A stretch of 64,000 nucleotides of DNA from an uncultured Acidobacteriota bacterium (GTDB lineage Bacteria > Acidobacteriota > UBA6911 > RPQK01 > JAPXNP01). The notes below the pieces were generated by a model. That model worked only from the letters and a program-made list of their open reading frames with translations. It was not told the DNA's origin and searched no databases. The translations under genes and the position numbers were made by a program. The stretch covers positions 96,001 to 160,000 of the forward strand of contig CAVZRV010000010.1 of NCBI GenBank assembly GCA_963777605.1, read 5' to 3'. Positions 9,613 to 19,313 of this stretch are shown one piece after another (positions within the stretch are counted from its first letter, which is position 1; each line of letters opens with the position of its first letter).

Positions 9613-10878
9613 TCAGGAACTGCGCCCTTTCACCACCCAGTCCGGGATCTTGCCCGAGTCGAGCCAGTCGGGGACCTGCCGAAACGTGCGCAACGAGCCG
9701 AGGATCGTCTGGTAATGCTGAATCGAGTGCCTCCGCAGAAAGCCCCGGTAGAGTTCTTCCTTTGAAATTGCCAACTGCTGGGCCGCCTGACCGGCCGTAA
9801 TGGTGTTCATCAGGTCCAGCGTCGCAACAGTCGGATCGAGGTTAAAATCCCGAAAAGGCATCTGCTGGAGAACATCCTTGAAGGGAGCCAGAATCCGGGA
9901 GGCCTGGCCGAAGGACATGAAATCGGCCAGTGTGAAGCTCCACTCCACCGGATCGAGAGTCAGGTTCACGATCTTCTGAGGCTGGTCGGAAACGAACGTC
10001 ATCTTCACCCGGACCTCGCCCGTTTCCAACACCCGGAAGTTGATCGTCTGAAAAGCGACTTCGAATTCACCCGGACCGTAGGCGAACGGCCCCCGCTGAG
10101 GATTTTTCACGAACGCGTAGCCAAATCCATATTCGCCCAGAACTCCGGGCTCAGGATTGTCGAGGTTGGTGATGAACTCGGGAGTCACAACGAGGTAGCT
10201 CTCTTCTTTGAGCGGAACCATCAGTTGTGGCGTGCTCGAACCCAAAGGGCGCATGCTGACGTTGAACTGATAGACCTTCAAGCGAAGAACGAGCCATTCG
10301 CAGTTCTTCTGAACCTCTCGAAGATCGATCACCTCCGACTGCAGTTCCTCCGAGATCTCATCCACCTCTTCGCTGCCCGTCCGTTTCAGGAACACTTGGC
10401 TGAAGCCCATTCCTTCCCGCTCGACTTCCGGCTTGGCCCTCAGGCTGAACGGGCCGAGCAGGCTGGACAGCCAGTTCTCATCACCATTGCCCGGGCTCTG
10501 GGGTCGCCGAAAATCGCTCACGCGGAGGAAGTAGCCGAGCACGAACTCACGGATCTGGTCCCGCATCCAGGACGCGAGTTCGGGCCGATCTTTGTTGGGA
10601 GATTTCGGCTGGTCGTAAAAGACCTCGTCGATAACTCCCATCACCGGAAGGTCGCGTCCTTTGAGCGGTGCCGTCGCGAAGAAACCACGGCTTTGGTCCG
10701 GGCGGTTCAGGGTCTGGACGAGATCAAAAGGGTTGATTTCCCCTTCCCTTTGAGCACGGTCATACCACCGCCTCAGTTCAAGGCCCTCATCCAGGAACTT
10801 TCCCATCATTTCTAGAACGCCGCAGTCTTCGCCGGCTGCGCCTACCGGGCGAAACTCAGGTTTCGAGGATGCTCCCAT
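9613..10878 (-). CDS. Hypothetical cytoplasmic protein (421 aa)
   Basis: Long ORF, GGAGGTGG RBS, natural composition; family not recognised. Confidence 0.8.
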   Translation of the reverse strand: MGASSKPEFRPVGAAGEDCGVLEMMGKFLDEGLELRRWYDRAQREGEINPFDLVQTLNRPDQSRGFFATAPLKGRDLPVMGVIDEVFYDQPKSPNKDRPELASWMRDQIREFVLGYFLRVSDFRRPQSPGNGDENWLSSLLGPFSLRAKPEVEREGMGFSQVFLKRTGSEEVDEISEELQSEVIDLREVQKNCEWLVLRLKVYQFNVSMRPLGSSTPQLMVPLKEESYLVVTPEFITNLDNPEPGVLGEYGFGYAFVKNPQRGPFAYGPGEFEVAFQTINFRVLETGEVRVKMTFVSDQPQKIVNLTLDPVEWSFTLADFMSFGQASRILAPFKDVLQQMPFRDFNLDPTVATLDLMNTITAGQAAQQLAISKEELYRGFLRRHSIQHYQTILGSLRTFRQVPDWLDSGKIPDWVVKGRSS

Positions 10879-11080
10879 CCAGCCACCTCCACGTTATTTT
10901 ATGGACTTGATCACCACAAGGCGGGTGTTGGGGTGATCTTAATCTCATCTCGCTGGCCAGTGCAAGCAGAAGGGAGCCGCAACCTGATACGGCAAGGTCC
11001 GGTCGATCCTCTGGAACCGGCAGGTAAACCGCTTCAAGCCAATCAAGAGGAATTGACGAGACCGGGGAGAAAACCTGGAG

Positions 11081-11443
11081 TCACTCCCGCCGGACCCGAC
11101 GAACCACCGAGTAGACGAGAGCGCCCCCTAGAAAGGCTCCCGCAACCCAGAATGCCCGATTGTTTCGCACCACATTCCAGGCATCTTCAGCGATGTCCGA
11201 CGTCCGCCGATAACGCAGATAGTCGGCTGTCTTCTCCAACTCCCGCGCAATCCGGCCTGCCTCCGAAGAACTCTCCAGTTCGTCGCCAAGGCGTCGAATC
11301 TGCGCGGCCAGACTCTCGATCCGGCGTCCACTCTCGGATTTCAATCCCGAGGTTCCAGTTTCAATTTGTTCGCCGACACGACTGATTCTTTCCTTCGTCA
11401 CGCCGCGAATGACAGTTCTACCGGTATTCTTAAGAATGCTCAT
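11081..11443 (-). CDS. Hypothetical coiled-coil protein with C-terminal membrane anchor (DUF883/YqjD-like)
   Basis: GGAGG RBS; helical body then VRNNRAFWVAGAFLGGALVYSVVRR. Confidence 0.7.
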   Translation of the reverse strand: MSILKNTGRTVIRGVTKERISRVGEQIETGTSGLKSESGRRIESLAAQIRRLGDELESSSEAGRIARELEKTADYLRYRRTSDIAEDAWNVVRNNRAFWVAGAFLGGALVYSVVRRVRRE

Positions 11444-11537
11444 ATCGATCCTCCGCTGTCTCTAAATCTACATCCTGCCGGTTCCAACAGCAAAACCGCG
11501 GTATAGTTTTCTACCGGAATCAGAGGAGGAGAGAGAG

Positions 11538-12663
11538 ATGGCCTACATCGCCGTTCTTGGTGCCGGCCTGGTCGGCCGCACCATCGCCCGGGACCTTGCC
11601 GGCTCCCATACCGTGGTTTCTTTCGATAAAGACCCGGCCGCCCTTGAATCGGCATTCTCAGGTACGGAGTTGCGGTTCGTTGCCGGGGACCTTTCCGACC
11701 CCTCACTACTGTCCTCCGCGCTGGAACCCTTTGACCTGATCGTAAACGCCCTCCCCGGTCACCTCGGGATGCAGACGCTGAAAACCGTCCTGGAGTCGGG
11801 CAAGAACACGGTAGACATCGCATTTTCACCGGAAGACGCGTCTTCGCTGGGAGAACTCGCGCGGGACAAAGGCGTCGTCGCAATCGTCGATATGGGCGTT
11901 GCTCCAGGGATGAGCAACGCAATTCTCGGCCACCACGTCGCTACCTTCTCCAGGGTAGACCGATTCGAGTGCATGGTCGGTGGACTTCCCTGCGAACGCC
12001 ACTGGCCCTTTGAATACCGGGCTCCATTCTCACCGGCCGACGTCCTGGAAGAATACACGCGGCCCGCCCGCTTTCGGATTCGCGGAGAGGAGCGCTGGGT
12101 CCCCGCGCTCTCAAACCGGGAGAGAGTCGCATTCCCCGGGGTCGGCACACTGGAGTCGTTCGACACTGATGGTCTCCGCAGCCTCCTCCAGAGCTACCCC
12201 GCCATCCCGACCATGCGGGAGAAGACTTTGCGCTACCCTGGCCACGCCGCTCTCATGGAAGTCTTCCGGGAGGCCGGTTTCTTTTCGAGCAAAGCCGTAT
12301 CGGTGGCGAGGCGCCGAGGTCCGCCCGCTCGATCTCACCTCGCGACTGCTCTTTCCGCACTGGCAGTTGACGGAGGCCGACGATGAGTTCACCGTGATGC
12401 GTGTAATTGTGGAGGGAACAAACCATGCCGGGAAGCCCGAGTCCGTGCAATGGGACCTGCTCGATCACACCGATCACGAGCGAAGGGATTCGTCGATGGC
12501 CCGGACCACCGGCTTCGCATGCAATGCCGCCGTGAACCTCCTCCTGAGAGGAGACGTCGAGCCGGGACTCTGGTTCCCGGAAAAGGTCGCCGAAGATCGC
12601 TCCAGATTTGATTTTCTTCTCGACTACCAGCAACAGCGGGGCATCAATTACCGGCGTTCTTGA
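11538..12663 (+). CDS. Saccharopine/lysine dehydrogenase family protein, frameshifted near 12305
   Basis: GAGLVG, DMGVAPGMSN, VGGLP, EEYTRPAR, TDGLRSL, EKTLRYPGH; continues in another frame as GAEVRPLD...SSMARTTGF. Confidence 0.88.
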
Positions 12664-13144
12664 TCCGGACAAAGACACCGGTTTCCCGGTTCTTCCGGAC
12701 TTCGTCCCAGTTGAAGACCCGGCCATTCATCACGATGTAGACCCCGGGCGGCAGAACCTGGGCTGCAGTAATGGCACCTCCCAAGTTGAAGAGGCCGTCC
12801 GAACTCCCGAATGCGAACGGAATCATGGCCCCGGTGAGAACGATCGTCTTGTCCTGGACCCTTCCCGCCAGGACTCGAGCCGTGTCCACCATCGTGTCTG
12901 TCCCATGAGTGATGATGATTCGGCTTTCCGGAACGCTAAGGCAGTTCTCCGCAATCAGGTTGCGATCCTGCTCGGTCATCTCGAGCGAGTCGATCAACAT
13001 CAACGTCCTCACTTCGACATCTACGCGACACCGGCCGAGGGCAAGGATCTCCTGCATATGAGAATCCTTGAAGTAGAGCCGCCCCTGGATTTCGTCGTAT
13101 TCCTTGTCAAATGTGCCGCCGGTAATGAGAATTCTTACTGCCAT
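12644..13144 (-). CDS. Short asparaginase-domain protein
   Basis: ITGGTFDKEY, THGTDTM, VLTGAMIP, SDGLFNLG, YIVMNG. Confidence 0.92.
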   Translation of the reverse strand: MAVRILITGGTFDKEYDEIQGRLYFKDSHMQEILALGRCRVDVEVRTLMLIDSLEMTEQDRNLIAENCLSVPESRIIITHGTDTMVDTARVLAGRVQDKTIVLTGAMIPFAFGSSDGLFNLGGAITAAQVLPPGVYIVMNGRVFNWDEVRKNRETGVFVRIKNAGN

Positions 13145-13653
13145 CGTTTCGTCTCCACTCATAACTTTACAAGGGAGGTGATGACCGGGAGAAGAGCAGC
13201 CCTGGAGAATTTTCCCGGGAACCGGGGAGAAACGGCCCCGCCTGTGAGCCGGTTTGGAGTAGCGTCCCTGGGTTTCCCTCCCAATGGACAAAACTACGAC
13301 GGGGCCATCTCACCTTTGCTTCGAACCCGGCCGGTTCGGAACCTCCTCCGCTACGGGAAGCGGAGGCTTCCGTGACTCGCCTTCTCTGGGGGGATTCAGC
13401 GCCCGGTTGATCCCTCCCGGCCTGTTTTGAATTCGAAGCCGTTGTACTTCCCAATATCGCCATCGCCGGAACGGATGGCAACATGAAAAAGGCGCAAAAG
13501 TGCGCAAATGCGCAAGATTGCATCAAACTGCGCGATCCTGCGTCAGTCTGGGCCGACTTTTCCTGCCCTAACCGCGCCCGACTCCGGTTCCTGTGGAGAT
13601 GCTGCTTCCCAAAAATGGATGAACAAAACTCCCGGGGCCTTCGTAGAACTGGC

Positions 13654-14037
13654 ATGAACACAGGTATCGACAAGCACTACACGGTTCTTGCGGCTCTCTT
13701 CATCGGCCTTGGGATTCTCGGAGTCATCGGAATCCTGGTGCTGATCTTCATCTTTGGGATCGGCAGCGTCATCATGGGAAGCGCCGCCGCTCACGATCCG
13801 TCCGTACCGGGTGCCGTAGTTTTGATCCCGGTCACATTCGGCCTGGTCATTGCGTCGTTCATCGCCATTTCGATAATCCCAGGTTTCGTGGCCGCCTACG
13901 GGCTTCTCGGCCGGCGTTCCTGGGGTCCCATAATGGGCCTCATTGCCGGCATAATCTGCCTCCCGAACGTACCGTTGGGAACCGGAGTCGGTATCTATGC
14001 GATCTGGCTATTCCTCCAGACGCAGCCTAGAACGTAA
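13654..14037 (+). CDS. Membrane protein (about 3 TM)
   Basis: Hydrophobic ORF ending PLGTGVGIYAIWLF; start codon uncertain. Confidence 0.75.
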   Translation: MNTGIDKHYTVLAALFIGLGILGVIGILVLIFIFGIGSVIMGSAAAHDPSVPGAVVLIPVTFGLVIASFIAISIIPGFVAAYGLLGRRSWGPIMGLIAGIICLPNVPLGTGVGIYAIWLFLQTQPRT

Positions 14038-15574
14038 TGTGAAGGGTGTACGCGTTCTGACAGGGAGGACTGGCGGGAACCTTGACCTGCAACCCCTCGC
14101 TGTTCTGTTGCCACTTGACTGGCTCGTCGGCACCAAGGAGCCGCACGCCTTTGATCTGTCGATCCAGCAGGTCGGAATTCGAAGCCAGCGAACGAACCAG
14201 GAATTCACCGTTTTCCGGCCAGCCCAGGGCAACCGCGTAGAGTGAATCGTCTTTCGACGTAAATCGAAAATCCTTCGCTGAAAAAGCTTCCCGCTTGGTG
14301 TCGTTGAACGACCCTTCCACAACCTGGGTCGGGCCCTCACCGTAAATCTTCCAGGGACGGGTCCCATAGATTGAGTCACCATTAACCGCCAGCCAGTCTC
14401 CGATCTCCCGGAGAATCTCCTGCTCGGCCTCTGGAATCGTCCCGTCGGGCCTGGGTCCGATGTTGAGCAGGAGGGCACCGTTCTTGCTCACGATGTCAAC
14501 CAGGTCGTCAATGATCGAATCCGCGGTCTTGTAGTCCTGCTCGCTGACGTAGCCCCAGGAATTCTTTGAAATCGAGGTGTCGGTCTGCCAGAAGAAGGGT
14601 CGGATTTCGGCCAACTGGCCGCGTTCGATATCCAGCACCGCCGAACCCGCGGGGAAGGTCTTCAGCTTGTAGTTGATTGCGACACCCTTCCCCCACTCCC
14701 GTCCGCGATCGTAGTAGTAGGCGGCAAACTTCTTGAGGTAAGGCTCGAAGGCGGGCTGTTCGATCCACCAGTCAAACCAGATCAGTTGTGGCTGATACTG
14801 GTCCACGAGTTCGACGGTGCGGGCAAGCCAATCATCGAGGTAGGCGGCGTCGGGTGGGCGAGTTCCGTCTTCTGCCGCCTTCTGACTTTGCGCGGGGCCG
14901 TAAAAGGAGAGGTTGGCCGGGTCCCGGACGTCGGAATCAAAGGTCATCCCCGCGTCGTAAAACCACCAGTGTTCGGCGCGGTGCGACGATGCCCCGAAAA
15001 CCATCCCATTGGCCCGGACCGCTTCCGCCAGGGCGCCGATTACGTCCTGGTGCGGCCCCATTTTCGCGGCAGTCCAGTTGGAAAGAGAGGTGTCGTAGAG
15101 GGCAAACCCGTCGTGGTGCTCGGCGACCGGGACTACGAAGCGGGCTCCGGCATCCTTGAACAGGGCGGCCCATTCCGCCGGATCGAATCTCTCAGCGGTG
15201 AAATCTTTGATGAAATCCTTGTAGCCGAACGTTGACTGGGGACCAAACGTCGCCACATGGTGCTCGAACTCCGGCGTCCCCTGCCGGTACATGTTCCGCG
15301 GATACCATTCATTTCCAAATGCCGGGACCGAGTAAACACCCCAGTGGATGAAGATCCCGAACTTCCCATCCACATACCACTCGGGAGGCTGGAACTGTTT
15401 GAGTGAGTTCCAGTCCGCTTTGAAGGGGCCGGCCTGAATCACCGGATCGACACGAGAGAGCACCTCCTGTGCGGGCTCTCTCCCCGAGCACGAAACAAGC
15501 AGGACCGCCGCGAGTCCGAGCGCATAGGATTTCCAGGATCCTGACCATCCCCAGTCAAAAGGAAGTAACCTCAT
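14027..15574 (-). CDS. Alpha-L-fucosidase (GH29), probable lipoprotein
   Basis: KFGIFIHWGVYSVPA, EHHDGF, IWFDWW, SKNGALLLNIGP, IYGTRPW; lipobox LVSC. Confidence 0.93.
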   Translation of the reverse strand: MRLLPFDWGWSGSWKSYALGLAAVLLVSCSGREPAQEVLSRVDPVIQAGPFKADWNSLKQFQPPEWYVDGKFGIFIHWGVYSVPAFGNEWYPRNMYRQGTPEFEHHVATFGPQSTFGYKDFIKDFTAERFDPAEWAALFKDAGARFVVPVAEHHDGFALYDTSLSNWTAAKMGPHQDVIGALAEAVRANGMVFGASSHRAEHWWFYDAGMTFDSDVRDPANLSFYGPAQSQKAAEDGTRPPDAAYLDDWLARTVELVDQYQPQLIWFDWWIEQPAFEPYLKKFAAYYYDRGREWGKGVAINYKLKTFPAGSAVLDIERGQLAEIRPFFWQTDTSISKNSWGYVSEQDYKTADSIIDDLVDIVSKNGALLLNIGPRPDGTIPEAEQEILREIGDWLAVNGDSIYGTRPWKIYGEGPTQVVEGSFNDTKREAFSAKDFRFTSKDDSLYAVALGWPENGEFLVRSLASNSDLLDRQIKGVRLLGADEPVKWQQNSEGLQVKVPASPPCQNAYTLHITF

Positions 15575-15685
15575 CCATACACCGTCCTTTCAGCACGGCT
15601 ATTCTGACGTCCGACACCAGCAGTTGCAATGCCCGGGTTGCCCGCAGGAGCGCCCGCAATCTTCGGAAAGAATAGCCCGGGGCGA

Positions 15686-16288
15686 CTAACGCCCCGATCT
15701 GAAGGGCGGTTGAAAAACCACCCGGTCGGCAATGAATCCCGAGACAATCACCGCCAGAAGGACTCCGACAATCACCGAGAGAAAGTTGACGAACTGCGAT
15801 CGCGTGGCAACCGAACTGAATCGATCGGCGGTCGTCTGCCGGATCTCTCGAATCAGCGTTTCACACTCCCGTGCGACAGCAATCATCTCCAGAACGGAAT
15901 CATCCTCGGTCTGCGGGTTCCGCTTTCCCGCGAGAATCTCTGTGACCAATGACGAGAACCGTTGCCCATACTCGGCTTCTTTTTGCAGCAGCATTTCGAC
16001 GCGGGTGCCAATTTCCTGGCTTCCCCGCAGCTGCCTGGTGGCATCACCAAGCCTTTCGAGGTAGTCGCTTTGCAGGCTCAGGTATTCCTCCCCACCACGC
16101 ATGAAGAAGTTCTTCTCGTAACGGCGGGCTTCCAGCAGGTATTCTTCGAGGTAAGCACAGGTGGTCATGTTCTCGAATTCCTGCTGGATCAGCGACTGGT
16201 TCCAGATGATGACGCAGGGGGCGATCGCCATGATCGCAACCACCACGAGAACGTTCAGACGAATTCTCTGTCGCCAGTCCATCGCCAC
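15686..16288 (-). CDS. Two-TM protein with helical-bundle sensor-like domain and no output domain
   Basis: TM - LLEARRYEKNFFMR helical domain - TM - 14-aa tail. Confidence 0.75.
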   Translation of the reverse strand: MAMDWRQRIRLNVLVVVAIMAIAPCVIIWNQSLIQQEFENMTTCAYLEEYLLEARRYEKNFFMRGGEEYLSLQSDYLERLGDATRQLRGSQEIGTRVEMLLQKEAEYGQRFSSLVTEILAGKRNPQTEDDSVLEMIAVARECETLIREIRQTTADRFSSVATRSQFVNFLSVIVGVLLAVIVSGFIADRVVFQPPFRSGR

Positions 16289-16417
16289 CCCCGTTTCCCC
16301 TAACCTCCCTTCATCATACCTGTCGGTATCAGGGGGAGTACAGCCCGCAACGCGGCCCCGGTCCTGCCCAGGGTCAGGACACTAGGCAGATCGCGCCAAG
16401 ATGGAGAAAATATAGGT

Positions 16418-17080
16418 ATGCATATGAATCGAATCCTCCTTGGAGTCTCCCTGGTTCTTCTTTCCGCCCCCGGGTCCCTGAATGCGATTCAGGCAGGCCG
16501 ATCGTTCACGGTGTCGCTTCCCGAAGCCCAGAAGCAGGGTGGCATGCCCTTGATGGAGGCCTTGGCGGAACGCCACAGCACGCGGGAGTTCGCGGACCGC
16601 GAACTCCCCCTGGAGATGCTCTCCAACCTGCTGTGGTCCGCAGACGGTGTCAACCGACCGGAGACAGGAAAACGGACGGCTCCGTCGGCCCACGATCGAC
16701 GCGAAGTCGATGTTTATGTGGTCACGCCCGAGGCGTTCTACCTCTTCGATCCCAACAACCACTCGCTCGAGCTTCTCGGACGCACTGATATTCGGAAACT
16801 GGCGGGAACCCAGGATTACGTCGCGACGGCCCCTGTCAACCTTGTCTACGTGGCGGACTTCTCCAAGGTATCCGACAATGCCAGCGAGGAGCGCACGATC
16901 TATGCCGCTGCCGCAACCGGATTTATCGCACAGAACGTGTACCTGTTCTGCGCGTCGGAGGGTCTGGGCACGGTCGTGCGGGGCAGCATTGACCGCGAGA
17001 AGCTCTCAAGTGCTCTGGAGCTTCGTCCCGATCAACAAATCATCCTGGCCCAATCCGTGGGTTACCCGAAAGAGGATTGA
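16418..17080 (+). CDS. Nitroreductase / SagB-ThcOx family protein with signal peptide
   Basis: GGMPLMEALAERHSTREF, LLWSADGVNR, RTAPSA, AQNVYLFCASEGLG, AQSVGYP. Confidence 0.92.
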   Translation: MHMNRILLGVSLVLLSAPGSLNAIQAGRSFTVSLPEAQKQGGMPLMEALAERHSTREFADRELPLEMLSNLLWSADGVNRPETGKRTAPSAHDRREVDVYVVTPEAFYLFDPNNHSLELLGRTDIRKLAGTQDYVATAPVNLVYVADFSKVSDNASEERTIYAAAATGFIAQNVYLFCASEGLGTVVRGSIDREKLSSALELRPDQQIILAQSVGYPKED

Positions 17081-17199
17081 CACCGGCGGGGGCTCGGCCG
17101 TTGATGGTGCAACCGGCACAGCTCGATATTGGGCCTAAACGGAGTTCGCCCGGGTCCCTTGTTCTCAGCCGACTTCCCCACTAAGCTTGCAGGATCATT

Positions 17200-18132
17200 A
17201 TGAGCAAGAAGAAAGTTCTTTTTCTGGGCGAAATCAACGTTGACCTGATGCTCGGAGGCCTGGAGTCCTTCCCGATCCGGGACCGCGAGATCAGTTGTCA
17301 GTCTTTTGAAATCACCGTGGGCAGCTCGACGGCAATCTGTGCCTGTGCCTATTCCTCACTTGGGGGCGACACCTCCTTCATGGGGCTGGCAGGTTCAGAC
17401 GCCTACGGCGACTTCATGATCGACGGGATGCACCGATTCGGGATTGACACGACTTATGTGGCGCGCACGTCCGCCGTCAAGACCGGGGTGACCGTTAACC
17501 TGATCCACGAGAACAGCCGGACACAGGTCACCTACCCGGGCACCATCTCCGCCTTCAGTCGCAACGAGGTGGCGATCGATGCCCTGGGTAAGTTTGATCA
17601 CGTTCACCTCGCCGGACTCTACCTTCAGCACGCCCTCCGGCCGTCAGTAGCAGAGGTCTTGAGTGAAGCTCGAGCGCAGGGCGCCACGACGTCGCTCGAT
17701 CCGCAGTGGGACGCGACCGAAAAGTGGGAGTTCATGGATCGCTGGCTTCCCTTGCTCGACTATTTCTTCGTCAACGCCGACGAAGCCTGTTCCATCGTCC
17801 AGGGCTCCGACCCGGAAGCGGCTTGCCTGGAACTTTCGCGGCGCACTGCCTTTGCCGTGGTGAAAGACGGAGCTCGCGGGATTATCTTCAGCTCCGGCGG
17901 CCAGGTCCGCCGGATTCCTGCCATCCCCGTCAAAGTTGTCGACACCACGGGCGCCGGCGACTCATTCAACGCGGGGTTCCTCTGCGGCCGTCTCGATCAC
18001 GACATGCCCATCGAGGAAGCCCTCCGCTTCGGAATCGGCGTCGCGGCCCGCAGTTGCACGTTCGTAGGAGGCGTGAATGCTCGGTCGAGCTATCAGGACG
18101 TGCAAGATTTCATCAAGAAAGGACAGTCATGA
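17200..18132 (+). CDS. PfkB family carbohydrate kinase
   Basis: GEINVDL, GSSTAI, NADEA, VDTTGAGDSFNAGF. Confidence 0.93.
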   Translation: MSKKKVLFLGEINVDLMLGGLESFPIRDREISCQSFEITVGSSTAICACAYSSLGGDTSFMGLAGSDAYGDFMIDGMHRFGIDTTYVARTSAVKTGVTVNLIHENSRTQVTYPGTISAFSRNEVAIDALGKFDHVHLAGLYLQHALRPSVAEVLSEARAQGATTSLDPQWDATEKWEFMDRWLPLLDYFFVNADEACSIVQGSDPEAACLELSRRTAFAVVKDGARGIIFSSGGQVRRIPAIPVKVVDTTGAGDSFNAGFLCGRLDHDMPIEEALRFGIGVAARSCTFVGGVNARSSYQDVQDFIKKGQS

Positions 18133-19313
18133 ACGCCTTTGAGAAGCTCCTGGCACTCGATCCGGCGGAAAAGTCGAGGCTGGGAATCGAATACACGGCG
18201 GCCGAGATCTTCCAGCAACCCGACACCTGGTCGAAGATCGCACCGATGTTTCGTGACCAGGTGATCGAGATTCGTAGTTTTCTCTACGACGCGGGCTTGA
18301 TGGGTGACAGGTCGAGTGTTGTTGTCACCACCGGGGCAGGCTCCTCGGAGTTCATCGGCAGTGCAGTCAGCGGCTTGCTCAAGGAGCGGCTGGGGCGTGA
18401 AGTGGTCTCTATCCCCACCACTCACCTGGTCACTCATGCCCGTTCTTCGTTTGCGTCGTCCGAGTCTTACACGGTCATCTCGTTCGCACGATCGGGAAAC
18501 TCGCCCGAATCGGTGGCAACCCTCGATCGCATTCGCCGCTACCGGCCCGACGCGAGGCACATCATCATCACCTGCAACGGCGAGGGCGAACTGGCGCATG
18601 CGGCCGGCGGCGATCCCCGGACCCTTTGCCTCGTTTTGCCGGAAGAGACCCACGATCGATCTCTTGTGATGACCAGCTCATTTTCGACGATGGCCCTGAC
18701 GGCCGCGGCACTCGGCTATGTCGATTCACTGGACGAATTCGAGTCCATCTCATCGCGCCTCTCCGCGGGAGCACGCCGGATCTTTGAATGTTCTGACGAC
18801 CTTAAGGCGTTTGCCGAGCAGCCGTTCAGCCGAGCCTGTTTCCTGGGTTCCGGGACACTCTTCGCAACCATGCAGGAGTGCCAGCTCAAGCTGCAGGAAA
18901 TGACGGAGGGTCGGGTAACGTCCCGCTTCGAGTCCTTTCTCGGATTGCGTCACGGTCCCCAGGTCTTCGTAAACCAGGAGTGCGTGGTCGTCGCCGGGCT
19001 GGCTTCGGATCCCCTCGTTCGCCGCTATGAACTCGACATGCTTCGGGAGTTGAAGTCCAAGCAGCAGGGTCGGTCCACTCTGGTCATTTGCGACCAGGTT
19101 TCACCGGGAATCGAATCGGCCTCCGACTTCAGAATCGACCTGTTTCCGGATGGGAACTCGGTACCCGATTCCTTTCGGATCATGACCGACGTCGTCGCCG
19201 GCCAATTGCTGGGGATGTTCAAATCGATGGCGGTCGGTCTCAAGCCGGACAATCCGAGCACGAGCGGTGTGATCAACAGGGTGGTTCAGGGGGTCGTGAT
19301 TTATGACAACTGA
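18129..19313 (+). CDS. agaS: Double-SIS AgaS family isomerase/deaminase
   Basis: TAAEIFQQP, TGAGSSEFIG, SFARSGNSPES, MTSSFS, LRHGP, PDNPSTSGVINRVVQGV; ATG 18129 overlaps the pfkB stop. Confidence 0.88.
   Translation: MNAFEKLLALDPAEKSRLGIEYTAAEIFQQPDTWSKIAPMFRDQVIEIRSFLYDAGLMGDRSSVVVTTGAGSSEFIGSAVSGLLKERLGREVVSIPTTHLVTHARSSFASSESYTVISFARSGNSPESVATLDRIRRYRPDARHIIITCNGEGELAHAAGGDPRTLCLVLPEETHDRSLVMTSSFSTMALTAAALGYVDSLDEFESISSRLSAGARRIFECSDDLKAFAEQPFSRACFLGSGTLFATMQECQLKLQEMTEGRVTSRFESFLGLRHGPQVFVNQECVVVAGLASDPLVRRYELDMLRELKSKQQGRSTLVICDQVSPGIESASDFRIDLFPDGNSVPDSFRIMTDVVAGQLLGMFKSMAVGLKPDNPSTSGVINRVVQGVVIYDN

Noticed and set aside
16418-17080. SagB/ThcOx-like gene as part of a RiPP cluster
   Set aside because: No YcaO, precursor or transporter nearby; looks like a stand-alone nitroreductase
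17706-18128. 141-aa N-terminal extension of the AgaS ORF
   Set aside because: Overlaps pfkB and reads as off-frame sequence; ATG 18129 with an AAAGGA RBS is the plausible start
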